Of a stretch of 57,088 bases of DNA, positions 1 through 10,255 are shown piece after piece. The DNA is from Thermoplasmatota archaeon (GTDB lineage: Archaea > Thermoplasmatota > Thermoplasmata > Thermoplasmatales > ARK-15). The translations under genes and the position numbers were made by a program. Under the pieces are notes generated by a model. The model worked only from the letters and a program-made list of their open reading frames with translations. It did not search any database and was not told the origin of the DNA. The first letter of the stretch is position 1; every line of letters begins with the position of its first letter. The DNA is taken from assembly GCA_031961585.1 (NCBI GenBank), contig JAVRLJ010000001.1:1-57088 (forward strand), in the 5' to 3' direction.

Positions 1-261
1 TGGTGGTAAATACCCACCATCAGTTGCCGCACCCACAATGAGTATATCAGGTTTAAGTGCATAGGTTTCCTCTATTGATCCGAACATTGGTATGTTTCTG
101 TATTTTCCATCAAGGACATAACCTGCATCCATGCCGGCAAAGTTTGAGTCTATAACACCTATGATCTCGTATCTTTTCGAATACCTTACAAGGCCATGGG
201 CTGTTTTTCCATTCGTTGATCCATAGACACCCTCTGCCAAAATCACTGCTCTAGGTAGCAT
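1..261 (-). CDS. DUF1611-family protein, N-terminal 87 aa only (gene runs off the left edge)
   Basis: My own minus-strand translation from ATG (complement of 259-261) stays open to position 1. It reads MLPRAVILAEGVYGSTNGKTAHGLVRYSKRYEIIGVIDSNFAGMDAGYVLDGK...PDILIVGAATDGGYLPP, which resembles DUF1611 N-termini as I remember them. It is absent from the ORF track because it is edge-truncated. Confidence 0.6.
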   Translation of the reverse strand, partial: MLPRAVILAEGVYGSTNGKTAHGLVRYSKRYEIIGVIDSNFAGMDAGYVLDGKYRNIPMFGSIEETYALKPDILIVGAATDGGYLPP

Positions 262-479
262 ATCTGGCCCCCTTGATAATCCTGTATACAAAATTCAAAA
301 ATGTCAACTCAAACCAAAAACTTTTAGGTGGATGGCCGTCGTCATCCTCTTCCATTCTTAATCAACGCCTCCGTATTTATCAACCTGTGGTTGATCCTAA
401 TCTTCTATTTAAATTTAACTGAGAATTTAACCAAATTTTTTTAAGAAAATCTTTTAAGGGAATGGTTAATCCTTGCATT

Positions 480-1253
480 ATGCTTAACATAGTTGGTCTT
501 GGTTTGAACCCCAGGAAACATTTAACACTTGAGGCAATGGAAAGAATAGATGAATCATCAACAATTTTCATGGAAAATTACACATCAAGGATAGTGGATA
601 TGGATAAGGAATCGCTTGAAAATCTTATTAAAAAGGATATTGAAATTTTGGAAAGGGAGGATGTGGAGGATGGCAAAAAAATAATTGAAAAGGCAAAGGA
701 AAGCATTGTTTCATTACTTGTTCCAGGGGATCCAATGATTGCAACGACACATGTTTCTCTGGTTCTCATGGCAAAGGATTCGGGAATTCCTGTTAACATT
801 GTGAATGGTATTTCAATTCAGACTGTAATTCCTTCAATACTTGGGATACAGAGTTACAAGTTTGGAAGGACCGTAACAATACCATTTCCTGAATACGATT
901 TTTACCCAGAAAGTGTTTACAGGTACATTGAAAAGAATATTGAGAATGGTCTTCATACCATTGTCTTACTTGACATAAGGAAGGATCTTGAAATGCATGC
1001 AATCATGGCTCTCGATATACTGGAGAAAATGGAATCCTTGTATCATGGTGATGTTATTAATGAAGACAGGATCATTGTAGTTATATCAAAAGCCTGTTCG
1101 GAAAAAATGAAAGTAAATGTTGACAAATTTTCAAGGATAAGGGAAAGGGATCTGGGTGAACCTTTGCACACAATTGTTATATTGGGCAATCTTCATTTCG
1201 TGGAAAAGGAAGCTTTACAAAAAATTGTAAATATGCCGGCCGATATTTTATAA
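480..1253 (+). CDS. dphB: Diphthine synthase (diphthamide biosynthesis methyltransferase)
   Basis: ORF 462..1253. MLNIVGLGL N-terminus, GDPMIATTH and NGISI motifs typical of the tetrapyrrole-methylase-fold diphthine synthase. Start taken at ATG 480 (family N-terminus M-x-x-[IV]-[IV]-GLGL); ATG 462 is the alternative. Confidence 0.85.
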   Translation: MLNIVGLGLNPRKHLTLEAMERIDESSTIFMENYTSRIVDMDKESLENLIKKDIEILEREDVEDGKKIIEKAKESIVSLLVPGDPMIATTHVSLVLMAKDSGIPVNIVNGISIQTVIPSILGIQSYKFGRTVTIPFPEYDFYPESVYRYIEKNIENGLHTIVLLDIRKDLEMHAIMALDILEKMESLYHGDVINEDRIIVVISKACSEKMKVNVDKFSRIRERDLGEPLHTIVILGNLHFVEKEALQKIVNMPADIL

Positions 1254-1280
1254 TATATTTACAAAAAATTGGTAAAAAAA

Positions 1281-3185
1281 TTAAATTGGTTTTGGTTTTG
1301 AATCTAAGAGATATCCATTTGCTATGTAATCACTGTAAACGTATCCACCATTAATCTGTCTTGCAGTCATTATATCATATACAGTGAAATTTCCGAATAT
1401 GATTTTAAGAGATGTTACGGGAACCAATGTGTTATTCAGAGGGCAGTATAGTTTCATGGTATAGTTCAAATTTCCGATCATAGTCCAGCCAACAGATCCA
1501 TTTTCAAACTTTACAAATATTGGTTGTATGTTTAATCCTGTCACCTCAATATTTCCATTTATTATCATAATATAAGAAGAATTCAAAACCTTAATTTGAG
1601 AGACCGTTGTTGTAATTAATTCTCCAGTATTTGGATCGTAGGAGAGTGTTTTCATTCCCACCTTAAGATCCTGTACAGGTATTTGTTCTCCATTTGATAA
1701 TGTAATGTTTGTTCCGTAAGCCACACATCCTCCACCGCTGGATGATATTGTATATATGTATGCACCCAACAAAGGTATTTCCATGGAACCCTGACCATTT
1801 ATTTGATAATATTGATTGGAATAGAGAACATATGCATCTACTGTTTGCCCCTGTGCTGCATTATAAGCAATAGTAGTAAACACAGCTCCTTCTGTCGAGC
1901 TTTGCCATACAAAAAATCCAAAGATAGCACCTACAATTGAGGCGGCTATTCCCAAAATCGTATTTGCAGGTGCATAAACAGCAACAAGAATCCCGCCTAT
2001 TGCTATAGCTGTTTGAACTAATAGTCCGTAATTTGCCACTCCCTGGTAAATTTCCCCAGATGTAATATTGTACTTTAAACCTGCTCCAGTCCCAATACTT
2101 GCGTTATAAAACTGATAATTTGTATAATTTGATAGTTTTGAAAATACAGAAGGTATCCCTGTTCCATTACCCATTAAAACCTGGTTATTTGATGTTCCTA
2201 TAGAAACTATGGCTGCTTCAGCCATAGAATAGTTTAGAGGCACAGGAATTCCGTGATAAGGAATGTAATATGCTCTATAAGTGGCAAGTTCAATCTGCCC
2301 CTTCACATATATATAACCAGAAGGACCTATACTCCAAGGATTCAATGTTTTATTACCTAAAAATACATAAGCAGTTCCTGTATACCCGACAGTGAAAACC
2401 GAACCACCAGTATTAAATTCCACATTTGTTGATGAAAAGGGATTAAGAACGAAGCCAGCATAAGATGCTGCAGATACTCCCATTTGTGTAAAAATCTCGC
2501 CATAAGCACTACCACCAAAAGTGGCCCATGCAATGGGTATCTGTGCAAGGTTGCCAGGTTCAGATGGATAGAAAGTATTATTTTGCATTACCCACTCCAG
2601 ACCTCCATTAAAAGTTACATTTGGTAAAGGAGAACCAATATTATTTTGTATTTTATTTTCTAAAGAATTTAATTTAACAGACGGGGTAACATTTGTTTCA
2701 TTCACTAAATGTTCACTTTTGTCATGTTTTACCACAATAACGGCCGATCCTGAATGCCCATTTAAAATGTCCTTTGGAGTGAGGGATATACTTCCCTCTT
2801 TAAAATACAAACTTCCATTGTACTTATATGTTACAAAAAGAAGTATCTCTGGGAGATAATCTGCATTTGAAAGATTTCCATGGTAGTATTTCAACCATTC
2901 ATTTGAGATCCTTTTAAGTAAAGTAAAGTTTGAAACATATGCATTACCATTATGGTCGGTTTGCGTTAAAAATACTGGCTGGAATATGGAACCATTTGAT
3001 GGTGGTGTAAGCATCATTCCCTGGATTGTAGCATTATATATGGGATTTCCATTAGTATCAACCACTCTTACAGAAATTGACTGATCATTTAATTGAGCAT
3101 ATACTATGACTGCAGTACCTGAAAGTATAATTATTAAAGATATTATCAAAGCAACTCCCCTTTTAGTTAATTTTCTCTCTGCCAT
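1281..3185 (-). CDS. Membrane/surface glycoprotein-like protein with C-terminal Hint (Hedgehog/intein-like) domain
   Basis: ORF 1281..3257; start moved to ATG 3185 (MAERKLTKRGVALIISLIIILSGTAVIVYAQ = signal peptide/anchor). About 21 N-x-S/T sequons and a central pair of hydrophobic helices (GLLVQTAIAIGGILVAVYAP / ILGIAASIVGAIFGFFVW). The C-terminal segment is GGGCVAYGTNITLSNGEQIPVQDLKVGMKTL...VYDIMT...ANGYLLDS. Confidence 0.75.
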   Translation of the reverse strand: MAERKLTKRGVALIISLIIILSGTAVIVYAQLNDQSISVRVVDTNGNPIYNATIQGMMLTPPSNGSIFQPVFLTQTDHNGNAYVSNFTLLKRISNEWLKYYHGNLSNADYLPEILLFVTYKYNGSLYFKEGSISLTPKDILNGHSGSAVIVVKHDKSEHLVNETNVTPSVKLNSLENKIQNNIGSPLPNVTFNGGLEWVMQNNTFYPSEPGNLAQIPIAWATFGGSAYGEIFTQMGVSAASYAGFVLNPFSSTNVEFNTGGSVFTVGYTGTAYVFLGNKTLNPWSIGPSGYIYVKGQIELATYRAYYIPYHGIPVPLNYSMAEAAIVSIGTSNNQVLMGNGTGIPSVFSKLSNYTNYQFYNASIGTGAGLKYNITSGEIYQGVANYGLLVQTAIAIGGILVAVYAPANTILGIAASIVGAIFGFFVWQSSTEGAVFTTIAYNAAQGQTVDAYVLYSNQYYQINGQGSMEIPLLGAYIYTISSSGGGCVAYGTNITLSNGEQIPVQDLKVGMKTLSYDPNTGELITTTVSQIKVLNSSYIMIINGNIEVTGLNIQPIFVKFENGSVGWTMIGNLNYTMKLYCPLNNTLVPVTSLKIIFGNFTVYDIMTARQINGGYVYSDYIANGYLLDSKPKPI

Positions 3186-3415
3186 GTATATCCCCAAATA
3201 AATGTTATTACCAAAGATATATATATTTCTTCGACAAAAGTTAAAAATTATAAACAATTTTTTAAGAAACTGTCGTATTTTTTATTTTCAAAAATTAAAA
3301 ATGGATATCTTTTTTGCTCACAAAGATCCTTTTATTAAAGAATTTGAATAACTATTTTTACATTCTCCAGCAATTCGTACATTTTAAATAAAGGAAAAAG
3401 ATAAAGAGAAAACGT

Positions 3416-5353
3416 ATGGACATTGCGGAAGAACTGGCAAAAAAGCAGAAGGAAATATCTATTGCGGAATTTTTTGAAAAGAACAAGCAAATATTAGGTT
3501 TTGATTCACCTCAAAAATCACTTGTTATGGCTGTTAAGGAGGCTGTGGATAATTCACTTGATGCCTGTGAGGAGGCCATGATACTTCCTGAAATAAATGT
3601 TGTTCTTGAAAGGGTTGACAGGGATGAATTCCTTTTAACTGTTGAGGATAATGGCCCCGGGATCGTGAGAAAAGAGGTTCCTAAGGTATTCGGACAGTTT
3701 TTGTATGGTTCAAGATTTTATTCAGTTAGGCAGACAAGGGGCCAGCAGGGTATAGGCATATCGGCTGTTGTTCTCTATGGTCAGTTAACAACGGGAAAAC
3801 CAACAAAAATAATATCAAAGATAGCAAGTGAAGACTATGCCCATTATTTTGAATTGATGATAGACACAACAAAAAATCAGCCAAACGTTTTAAAGGAAGA
3901 TGTTGTAATAGTTAACAAAAAAAGTGGTGTTAAATTACAGATTCCTCTTAAGGGTAAATATGTTAAAGGTAAGCAGAGCATAATTGAATATCTGCAAAAC
4001 ACAGCAATTGTGAACCCGCAAGCACAGATAACATTTGTTGATCCCGATGGAATGAAAATAACATTTGAAAGGGTATGGAATGAACCAATTCAGCCCCCAA
4101 AGGAAACAAAACCGCATCCTCTCGGTGTGGAAATCGGACAGTTAATGAAGATGGCAAGGATAACAAAGGCAAAAAAATTATCAAGATTTTTGACTGAAGA
4201 TTTCAGCAGGATAAGCACGCAGCTTTCACTTGAAATATGTAAAATAGCAGGTCTGGACCCGGAAATGGATCCACATTCATTACAGTTGGAAGATTTCAAA
4301 AAATTACAGAATGCTTTTAATTCTGTAAAAATTTTACCACCATCACCTGAATCATTATCGCCCATAGGTGAAATTTTAATAAAAAAAGGTTTGAAAAATG
4401 TTCTTGGTGATTTAAAGCCCAGTTTTTATTCAATACCTGTCTCGAGGAAGCCTTCAGTCTATTCGGGAAATCCATTTGTTGTTGAGGTTGGACTTGTTTA
4501 CGGTGGTGATATACCTCAGGATGAGCCCGTTAGGATCTTAAGGTTTGCGAACAAGGTACCTTTACTTTATCAAGCAGGTGCATGCGCAATAACAAAGGCT
4601 GTTGAAAACATTGACTGGAGGAAGTACGGTCTGGAGCAGAGGGGTGGAACTGGTATACCCGTAGGGCCCATGATAATACTTGTTCATGTTGCGTCAACAA
4701 AGGTACCTTTTACATCGGAAGCAAAAGAAGCTATTGCTGAAATACCTGAAATAATGAATGAACTTGACCTGGCACTGAAGGAATCCGGCAGACAGATAAA
4801 AACATTTTTGATTAAAAAGGAGGTAAAGAAAAAGTTAACGGATAAATTCTTTCTGGTGCAGAAGATACTTCCAAAGATTGCTGAAAAAAGTGCATCAATT
4901 TTGAACAAACCTGTTCCGAAACTTGAACCTGTCATTACAAAAATAATGAATGTTTTATGGATTGATGAAAATGTTGAACAGAAAGGATCAATCGCAAACA
5001 TAACTGTGAATGTATGGAACTTTACACCTGATGATAAAAATATAAAATTGTATGGGGACATACCTGAAGGTAAGATAGATAAAAATTCAATAGATGAAAA
5101 TGGTAAATACATGGAAAGTGAGGATTATATATTATGGGAATTCCAGATAAAATCTCTTGAATTGAAAAAATTAAAGTTTATTGTTTATGATCTAAAATCA
5201 AATTACAGTGAAACAACATACTACATAGAAGGAATGGATCCGGTTCATGTTGTTGGTGCTGAACCATTACCTGGTGACTGGAACATTGAAAAGCTCAAGG
5301 CAATAATTGAAGAGGAGGAAGAAGAGGAGGAAGAGGAAAATGGAGAAGAGTAG
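3416..5353 (+). CDS. top6B: DNA topoisomerase VI subunit B
   Basis: GHKL/Bergerat motifs [27 protein letters not shown]; transducer region; a C-terminal beta-rich extension ending in the acidic tail [14 protein letters not shown]. Confidence 0.95.
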   Translation: MDIAEELAKKQKEISIAEFFEKNKQILGFDSPQKSLVMAVKEAVDNSLDACEEAMILPEINVVLERVDRDEFLLTVEDNGPGIVRKEVPKVFGQFLYGSRFYSVRQTRGQQGIGISAVVLYGQLTTGKPTKIISKIASEDYAHYFELMIDTTKNQPNVLKEDVVIVNKKSGVKLQIPLKGKYVKGKQSIIEYLQNTAIVNPQAQITFVDPDGMKITFERVWNEPIQPPKETKPHPLGVEIGQLMKMARITKAKKLSRFLTEDFSRISTQLSLEICKIAGLDPEMDPHSLQLEDFKKLQNAFNSVKILPPSPESLSPIGEILIKKGLKNVLGDLKPSFYSIPVSRKPSVYSGNPFVVEVGLVYGGDIPQDEPVRILRFANKVPLLYQAGACAITKAVENIDWRKYGLEQRGGTGIPVGPMIILVHVASTKVPFTSEAKEAIAEIPEIMNELDLALKESGRQIKTFLIKKEVKKKLTDKFFLVQKILPKIAEKSASILNKPVPKLEPVITKIMNVLWIDENVEQKGSIANITVNVWNFTPDDKNIKLYGDIPEGKIDKNSIDENGKYMESEDYILWEFQIKSLELKKLKFIVYDLKSNYSETTYYIEGMDPVHVVGAEPLPGDWNIEKLKAIIEEEEEEEEEENGEE

Positions 5354-6431
5354 ATACGAACTAGCACTTGAAGCACTTGAAAATATTGTTAAAAACGTTT
5401 ATGAACAGCTTGAAATTGGAGAAATACCATCCATGTCGCTTCCTGCAAGAAACAAACACAACATAAAACTTGACCTTTTAACAGGTGTATGGAAATATGG
5501 AAATGAAAAGATCGTTAGGTCCGCAAAGAAAATTGATGGAGCCTATACCTTGCTGAGAACAATGTATCTCATGGATTTCATAAAGGAGATGATAGTTCAG
5601 AGTAAGTCATCAACGCTCAGGGAAATGTACTATATATCCGAGGGCTGGGATCTTGCCAAGTTTCACACACAGGACGAATCGGACAAACTTGTTGAGGATC
5701 TTGAAATTGTAACTAAATTTTTAAGGGAGGATTTCAAGCTGAGGCCAGAAGAGAATGGAGCGACCGTTATAGGAAACATTACATTTGAGGAAATAAACAG
5801 GAAGGGTAAGCCACAGAAAATAAACTGCAGGGACGATGTGGGTGATGCCGGTTATGCAATTCCATACAACGTTGAAAAGGATAAGTTAAAGATACTTGAC
5901 GTTGATGCGGATTTTGTTCTTGCGATAGAGACAGGAGGTATGTTTGACAGGCTTGTTGAAAACGGATACGATGAAAAGGCAAGGGCAATACTTGTTCATC
6001 TCAAGGGACAGCCAGCAAGGAGCACAAGGAGGTTGTTGAAAAGATTAAACGAAGAATGGAAATTACCTGTTCTTGTTTTCACGGATGGTGATCCCTGGTC
6101 ATTCAGGATATATGCCAGTGTGGCATACGGTGCAATAAAAACCGCACACATTTCAGAATTCCTTGCAACACCCACGGCCGAGTTCATAGGAATAACAGCA
6201 AGCGATATTGTTAACTACGATTTACCAACGGACAAGCTGAATGACAGGGATATTGCTGCATTGCATGCAGAACTGAGCGATCCAAGGTTCAACACACAGT
6301 TCTGGAAGAATGAAATAGAACTTATGCTAAAATTGGGTAAAAAGGCAGAACAGCAGGCTCTTGCAAAATATGGTCTTGATTACGTAACGGATGTTTATTT
6401 ACCCGAAAAGGTTTCGGCACTGGGATTATGA
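5340..6431 (+). CDS. top6A: DNA topoisomerase VI subunit A (Spo11 family)
   Basis: ORF 5307..6431 opens with TTG. ATG 5340 ([15 protein letters not shown]) is preferred and overlaps the top6B stop by 14 nt. Catalytic-Tyr region LREMYYIS and Toprim motif [13 protein letters not shown]. Confidence 0.93.
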   Translation: MEKSRYELALEALENIVKNVYEQLEIGEIPSMSLPARNKHNIKLDLLTGVWKYGNEKIVRSAKKIDGAYTLLRTMYLMDFIKEMIVQSKSSTLREMYYISEGWDLAKFHTQDESDKLVEDLEIVTKFLREDFKLRPEENGATVIGNITFEEINRKGKPQKINCRDDVGDAGYAIPYNVEKDKLKILDVDADFVLAIETGGMFDRLVENGYDEKARAILVHLKGQPARSTRRLLKRLNEEWKLPVLVFTDGDPWSFRIYASVAYGAIKTAHISEFLATPTAEFIGITASDIVNYDLPTDKLNDRDIAALHAELSDPRFNTQFWKNEIELMLKLGKKAEQQALAKYGLDYVTDVYLPEKVSALGL

Positions 6432-8170
6432 AGGAAGGAATGACTAGTCTGGACATTTACGCGTGGTTGAAAAAGAATTCATACTTTATTGAAAATTCAT
6501 ACATTAAGAAAATTTTTATGGATGATGAGAGGGTTATTTTAAAAATACACAAAAGGGATCTTGGGAACAGGGATCTTTTTCTTGATCCACAGGGGTGGAT
6601 CTATTTCGGTGAAAGGGAGGAAAATGAAATATCATCAAAGGTAAAATTTTTGAGGGATATACTTGAAAACAAAAGGATTGATAATGTGAACCAGCTTAAC
6701 TTTGACAGAATATTGATTTTTAATCTTTCAGGTGATATGAAAATAATATTTGAGATGTTCGGTGGTGGAAATTTTATTTTAACTGAAAATGAAAAAATTA
6801 TCTTCGCCATAAAATACAGGGAATGGAGAACAAGGAAAATAAAGGTTGGTGAAGCATATGGCCCTCCACCGCAGACACTTAATCCTTTAAATTTATCGGA
6901 GAAAGAATTCATTGAGAATTTAAAGGAGAACAGGGAAATTGTAAGGATACTTGCAATTAAGTTCAACCTGAGCCATTATTCGGAATACATATGTTCAATA
7001 GCAAACATTGAAAAAGATAAATTGGGTAAGGATTTAAGTGATGATGAATTTAAAAGAATTTACAATGAAACAAAAAAGATCCTTGATGGCATTGATGGAA
7101 AGGGTTATATATGCAATAACAAGTTGAGTGTGATTAAATTTAATGATTGTGTTGAATATGAAAACATAAACGATGCAATTCTTAATATACCAAAAGAGGT
7201 GGAAAAAAGTGAGGAGGAGAGAATAAGGGAAGAGCAGATCAAGGCAATAGAGAATTTCAGGAAGCTTGCTGAAGAATACAGGAACATAGGTGATTTTATT
7301 TTTTCAAATCTTGAAAAGATAAATGGAATAGTTGAAGAAATAAAGAAGGGTATGAATGTTGAAAACCTTGTTAAAAGGGATGGTAAAAATGTTACAATCA
7401 AATTCCAGGATTTTCCAAATGAAATAAAACTTGATCTATCAAAAAAGGTGAGCGAGAACGGTAATTTTTACTATGAACTATCAAAGAAAATGAAGGAGAA
7501 GGAGAAGGGTGCCCTTGAAGCAATGTCAATAAAAAGGGAAAAAAAGGGGAAAAAGGAAATAAAAAAGGAGAGGAGCAGGTTCTGGTTCGAAAAGTACAGG
7601 TGGTTTTTTTCATCCGAAGGTGCACTGGTCCTTGCTGGAAGGGATGCAAGAACGAACGAGGAGGTTGTTAAAAAGTACCTTGGAGAAAGGGATTATTATG
7701 TTCACGCTGATATTCATGGTGCGCCCAGCGTTGTTGTTAAGAACACAAACATTACAGAAAAAACTCTGATAGAGGCAGGAATATTCGGCCTTTCCTATTC
7801 AAAGGCATGGAATGCTGGGTTGATGACAGGCGATGCATACTGGGTAACATATTCACAGGTGAGTAAAATGGCAGAATCTGGTGAATACGTTCCAAAGGGT
7901 GCATGGGTAATAAGGGGAAAGAGAAACTATATGAGGAATCTTCCATTGATGCTCGCCATAGGCATTATTGAATACCAGGGGCAGAAAATAATGATGTGCG
8001 GTCCCCTTGATGCTGTAAAGGCAAAAACACAGGATTACATTATAATAGTTCCAGGTAATGTGGAAAAAAGCCAGATAGCTGAAATTGTTTCGAAAAAATT
8101 CAACTGCGATAAGGATGAGGTAATGAGAATCCTTCCGCCAGGTAATGCTGAAATAAAGGAGAATGTCTGA
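6428..8170 (+). CDS. NFACT-family protein (archaeal Rqc2/RqcH/NEMF homologue)
   Basis: N-terminal NFACT-N-like region, K/E-rich coiled coil, then [29 protein letters not shown] and [16 protein letters not shown] (NFACT-R/DUF814 signature). The start ATGA overlaps the top6A stop. Confidence 0.85.
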   Translation: MKEGMTSLDIYAWLKKNSYFIENSYIKKIFMDDERVILKIHKRDLGNRDLFLDPQGWIYFGEREENEISSKVKFLRDILENKRIDNVNQLNFDRILIFNLSGDMKIIFEMFGGGNFILTENEKIIFAIKYREWRTRKIKVGEAYGPPPQTLNPLNLSEKEFIENLKENREIVRILAIKFNLSHYSEYICSIANIEKDKLGKDLSDDEFKRIYNETKKILDGIDGKGYICNNKLSVIKFNDCVEYENINDAILNIPKEVEKSEEERIREEQIKAIENFRKLAEEYRNIGDFIFSNLEKINGIVEEIKKGMNVENLVKRDGKNVTIKFQDFPNEIKLDLSKKVSENGNFYYELSKKMKEKEKGALEAMSIKREKKGKKEIKKERSRFWFEKYRWFFSSEGALVLAGRDARTNEEVVKKYLGERDYYVHADIHGAPSVVVKNTNITEKTLIEAGIFGLSYSKAWNAGLMTGDAYWVTYSQVSKMAESGEYVPKGAWVIRGKRNYMRNLPLMLAIGIIEYQGQKIMMCGPLDAVKAKTQDYIIIVPGNVEKSQIAEIVSKKFNCDKDEVMRILPPGNAEIKENV

Positions 8171-8948
8171 AATGACTGAATTGAGTGTTATTGTAACTGT
8201 AAGGAATGAGGAAAAGCATATAAAAGATCTATTGGAATCACTTTCCAGACAGAAGGAGGACTTTGAGCTTGTTGTTGTTGATGCTGAAAGTACAGATAAA
8301 ACAGTTGAAATTTTAAAAAGTTATGAGAAAAGATTGAAAATGAAAATAATTGTGAAAAGGTGTTCCAGAGGGGAGGGAAGGAACATAGGTGTTGAAAATT
8401 CTTCAGGAAAAATAGTAATATTTACGGATGGTGATGTTGTTGTATCCGATTCCTGGTTGAGTGAAATGAATAGACCATTCCTTGAGGGTTATGATTTTGT
8501 TGCCGGTAAAACCATACAGGTGGGAAAGGAAAAGTTCAAGGTACTTGACAGGGTTGGTATTTACTACAATGGCATAGATTTAACATACCCATCCTGCAAC
8601 CTTGCATACAGGAAGGATCTTTTCATTAAAATAGGGGGCTTTGATCCCCAATTTATTACGGCTGAAGATATAGACCTTAATTTAAGAGCACTTATGGCAG
8701 GTGCAAAATTTTTCTACAACGAAAATGCTGTTGTTTACCATAAAACAAGGAGTGATGTTATTTCATTCCTAAAACAGGCTTTCTGGAACGGTTATGGAAG
8801 AAAACAGTTAACAAGGAAGCATGGAAATCTGTGGAAATCCTATTCATTCAAGAACATGCTCAGAAAGGATCAAATAAATATATATGGTATTCTAAGATTA
8901 TCCTTCGGTTTAATTGGATACCTTTATGCAAAGATAAACATTAGGTGA
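8163..8948 (+). CDS. Family 2 glycosyltransferase
   Basis: LSVIVTVRNEE, VVVDAESTDKT, FTDGDVVV (DxD), typical GT-A fold GT2. Overlaps the upstream stop by 8 nt (alternative ATG at 8172). Confidence 0.85.
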   Translation: MSEMTELSVIVTVRNEEKHIKDLLESLSRQKEDFELVVVDAESTDKTVEILKSYEKRLKMKIIVKRCSRGEGRNIGVENSSGKIVIFTDGDVVVSDSWLSEMNRPFLEGYDFVAGKTIQVGKEKFKVLDRVGIYYNGIDLTYPSCNLAYRKDLFIKIGGFDPQFITAEDIDLNLRALMAGAKFFYNENAVVYHKTRSDVISFLKQAFWNGYGRKQLTRKHGNLWKSYSFKNMLRKDQINIYGILRLSFGLIGYLYAKINIR

Positions 8949-8953
8949 TACCA

Positions 8954-9622
8954 ATGATATCTATTGTTATACCAACAATGAACGAGGAAAAAACAATAGG
9001 TACTGTAATTGAAAGGATAAAAAAATCTGTTAAGGGTGAATATGAGATAATAGTTGTTGATAAAAGTAACGATAGAACACCTGAAATAGCTAAAAGCATG
9101 GGTGCAAGGGTAATACATGAGGAAAGAAAGGGATATGGAAGGGCTTACAAAACAGGATTCGAACATGCAAATGGGGAGATAATAGTTACAATGGATGGTG
9201 ATAATACCTATCCTCCCGAAGTAATAAACGATTATGTGAAATATTTGATTGATAATAACATTGATTTCATATCCTGTGATAGATTAACATATCTTGATAA
9301 AAGGGCAATGTCACAGGCCCATAGATTCGGTAACTTTGTTTTGAATATAGCGGTCCTTGCACTATTTTTTATAAAAATAAAGGATTCACAGAGCGGTATG
9401 TGGATCTTCAAAAAAGATCTTTTGAAAAAGATAAGGGTATACAGTGATGGAATGCCATTTTCTGAAGAGCTGAAGATTGAGGCGTGGTACCATGGAAAGG
9501 CCATGGAACTTCCCATACATTATGGTTTGAGGGGAGGTGAAAGAAAACTACAGACATTCAAGGATGGTCTGAGAAATTTAATCTATCTGTTTAAAAAAAG
9601 GTTCATAATAGGCATTGGTTAA
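8954..9622 (+). CDS. Family 2 glycosyltransferase (dolichyl-phosphate sugar synthase-like)
   Basis: ORF 8945 opens with GTG; ATG 8954 is preceded by AGGTGAT. ISIVIPTMNEE, VVDKSNDRT, TMDGDNTYP motifs. Confidence 0.85.
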   Translation: MISIVIPTMNEEKTIGTVIERIKKSVKGEYEIIVVDKSNDRTPEIAKSMGARVIHEERKGYGRAYKTGFEHANGEIIVTMDGDNTYPPEVINDYVKYLIDNNIDFISCDRLTYLDKRAMSQAHRFGNFVLNIAVLALFFIKIKDSQSGMWIFKKDLLKKIRVYSDGMPFSEELKIEAWYHGKAMELPIHYGLRGGERKLQTFKDGLRNLIYLFKKRFIIGIG

Positions 9623-9673
9623 AAAAAGGAAAATTTATTAGTATTCAATTTAATTGCTATTTTACCTGAGATA

Positions 9674-10255
9674 ATGAATCAGAAAATGATCTATGCAACC
9701 CTGAAGGATAAAATAGTCGAAATATTGAACAGAGAGGAGAAGAGCATATCATCCATATCCAAAGAACTTGAAAAGGATGGTATAAAGATACACAGGCTTA
9801 TTTTAACGGGCTATTTGCAGGCCCTGAGGGATCTTAACATACTGAAGGAAAAGGAAATACAGCCATCAAAGATTTATTCGGTTCTTTCAAGCGATGAAAA
9901 AACAATTTATGAAATAATAGGTGGTTATGTCTCAGAACATCCAGAATCATCCGATTTATGCCTTTACATTCTTTATAAAATTTTCAGAAGACCAATATTA
10001 AAGTGGGAACTGGATAAATGTGGTGTTGGCAGGCCTGAACAGTGCGATAAGGTATACGGTGATGAAAGGAAGAATGCAATAGCAATTCTTGAATCCATGA
10101 ACATAACCGTTCCGAAAAATATGCCGGCCTACATACCAAAGAAGGAATACAGGGAGGAGCTTGAGGAAATTTTAATTAAAATGGTCATAGATAGTTTCAG
10201 CCTTCAGAAATATATGCAGGTGAAGGGTACACAGATGAAAATAGATTCTATTTGA
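9674..10255 (+). CDS. Hypothetical protein with probable N-terminal winged-helix domain
   Basis: 193-aa ORF with normal composition. The N-terminus ([47 protein letters not shown]) looks like a wHTH; I do not recognise the rest. Converges on and overlaps the eIF2-gamma stop by 8 nt. Confidence 0.5.
   Translation: MNQKMIYATLKDKIVEILNREEKSISSISKELEKDGIKIHRLILTGYLQALRDLNILKEKEIQPSKIYSVLSSDEKTIYEIIGGYVSEHPESSDLCLYILYKIFRRPILKWELDKCGVGRPEQCDKVYGDERKNAIAILESMNITVPKNMPAYIPKKEYREELEEILIKMVIDSFSLQKYMQVKGTQMKIDSI

Noticed and set aside
5307-5339. TTG-initiated N-terminal extension of Top6A ([11 protein letters not shown])
   Set aside because: ATG 5340 is preceded by GGAGG motifs at suitable spacing, and Top6A homologues do not need the extension. 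It is kept only as a curiosity in the findings, not as the annotated start.
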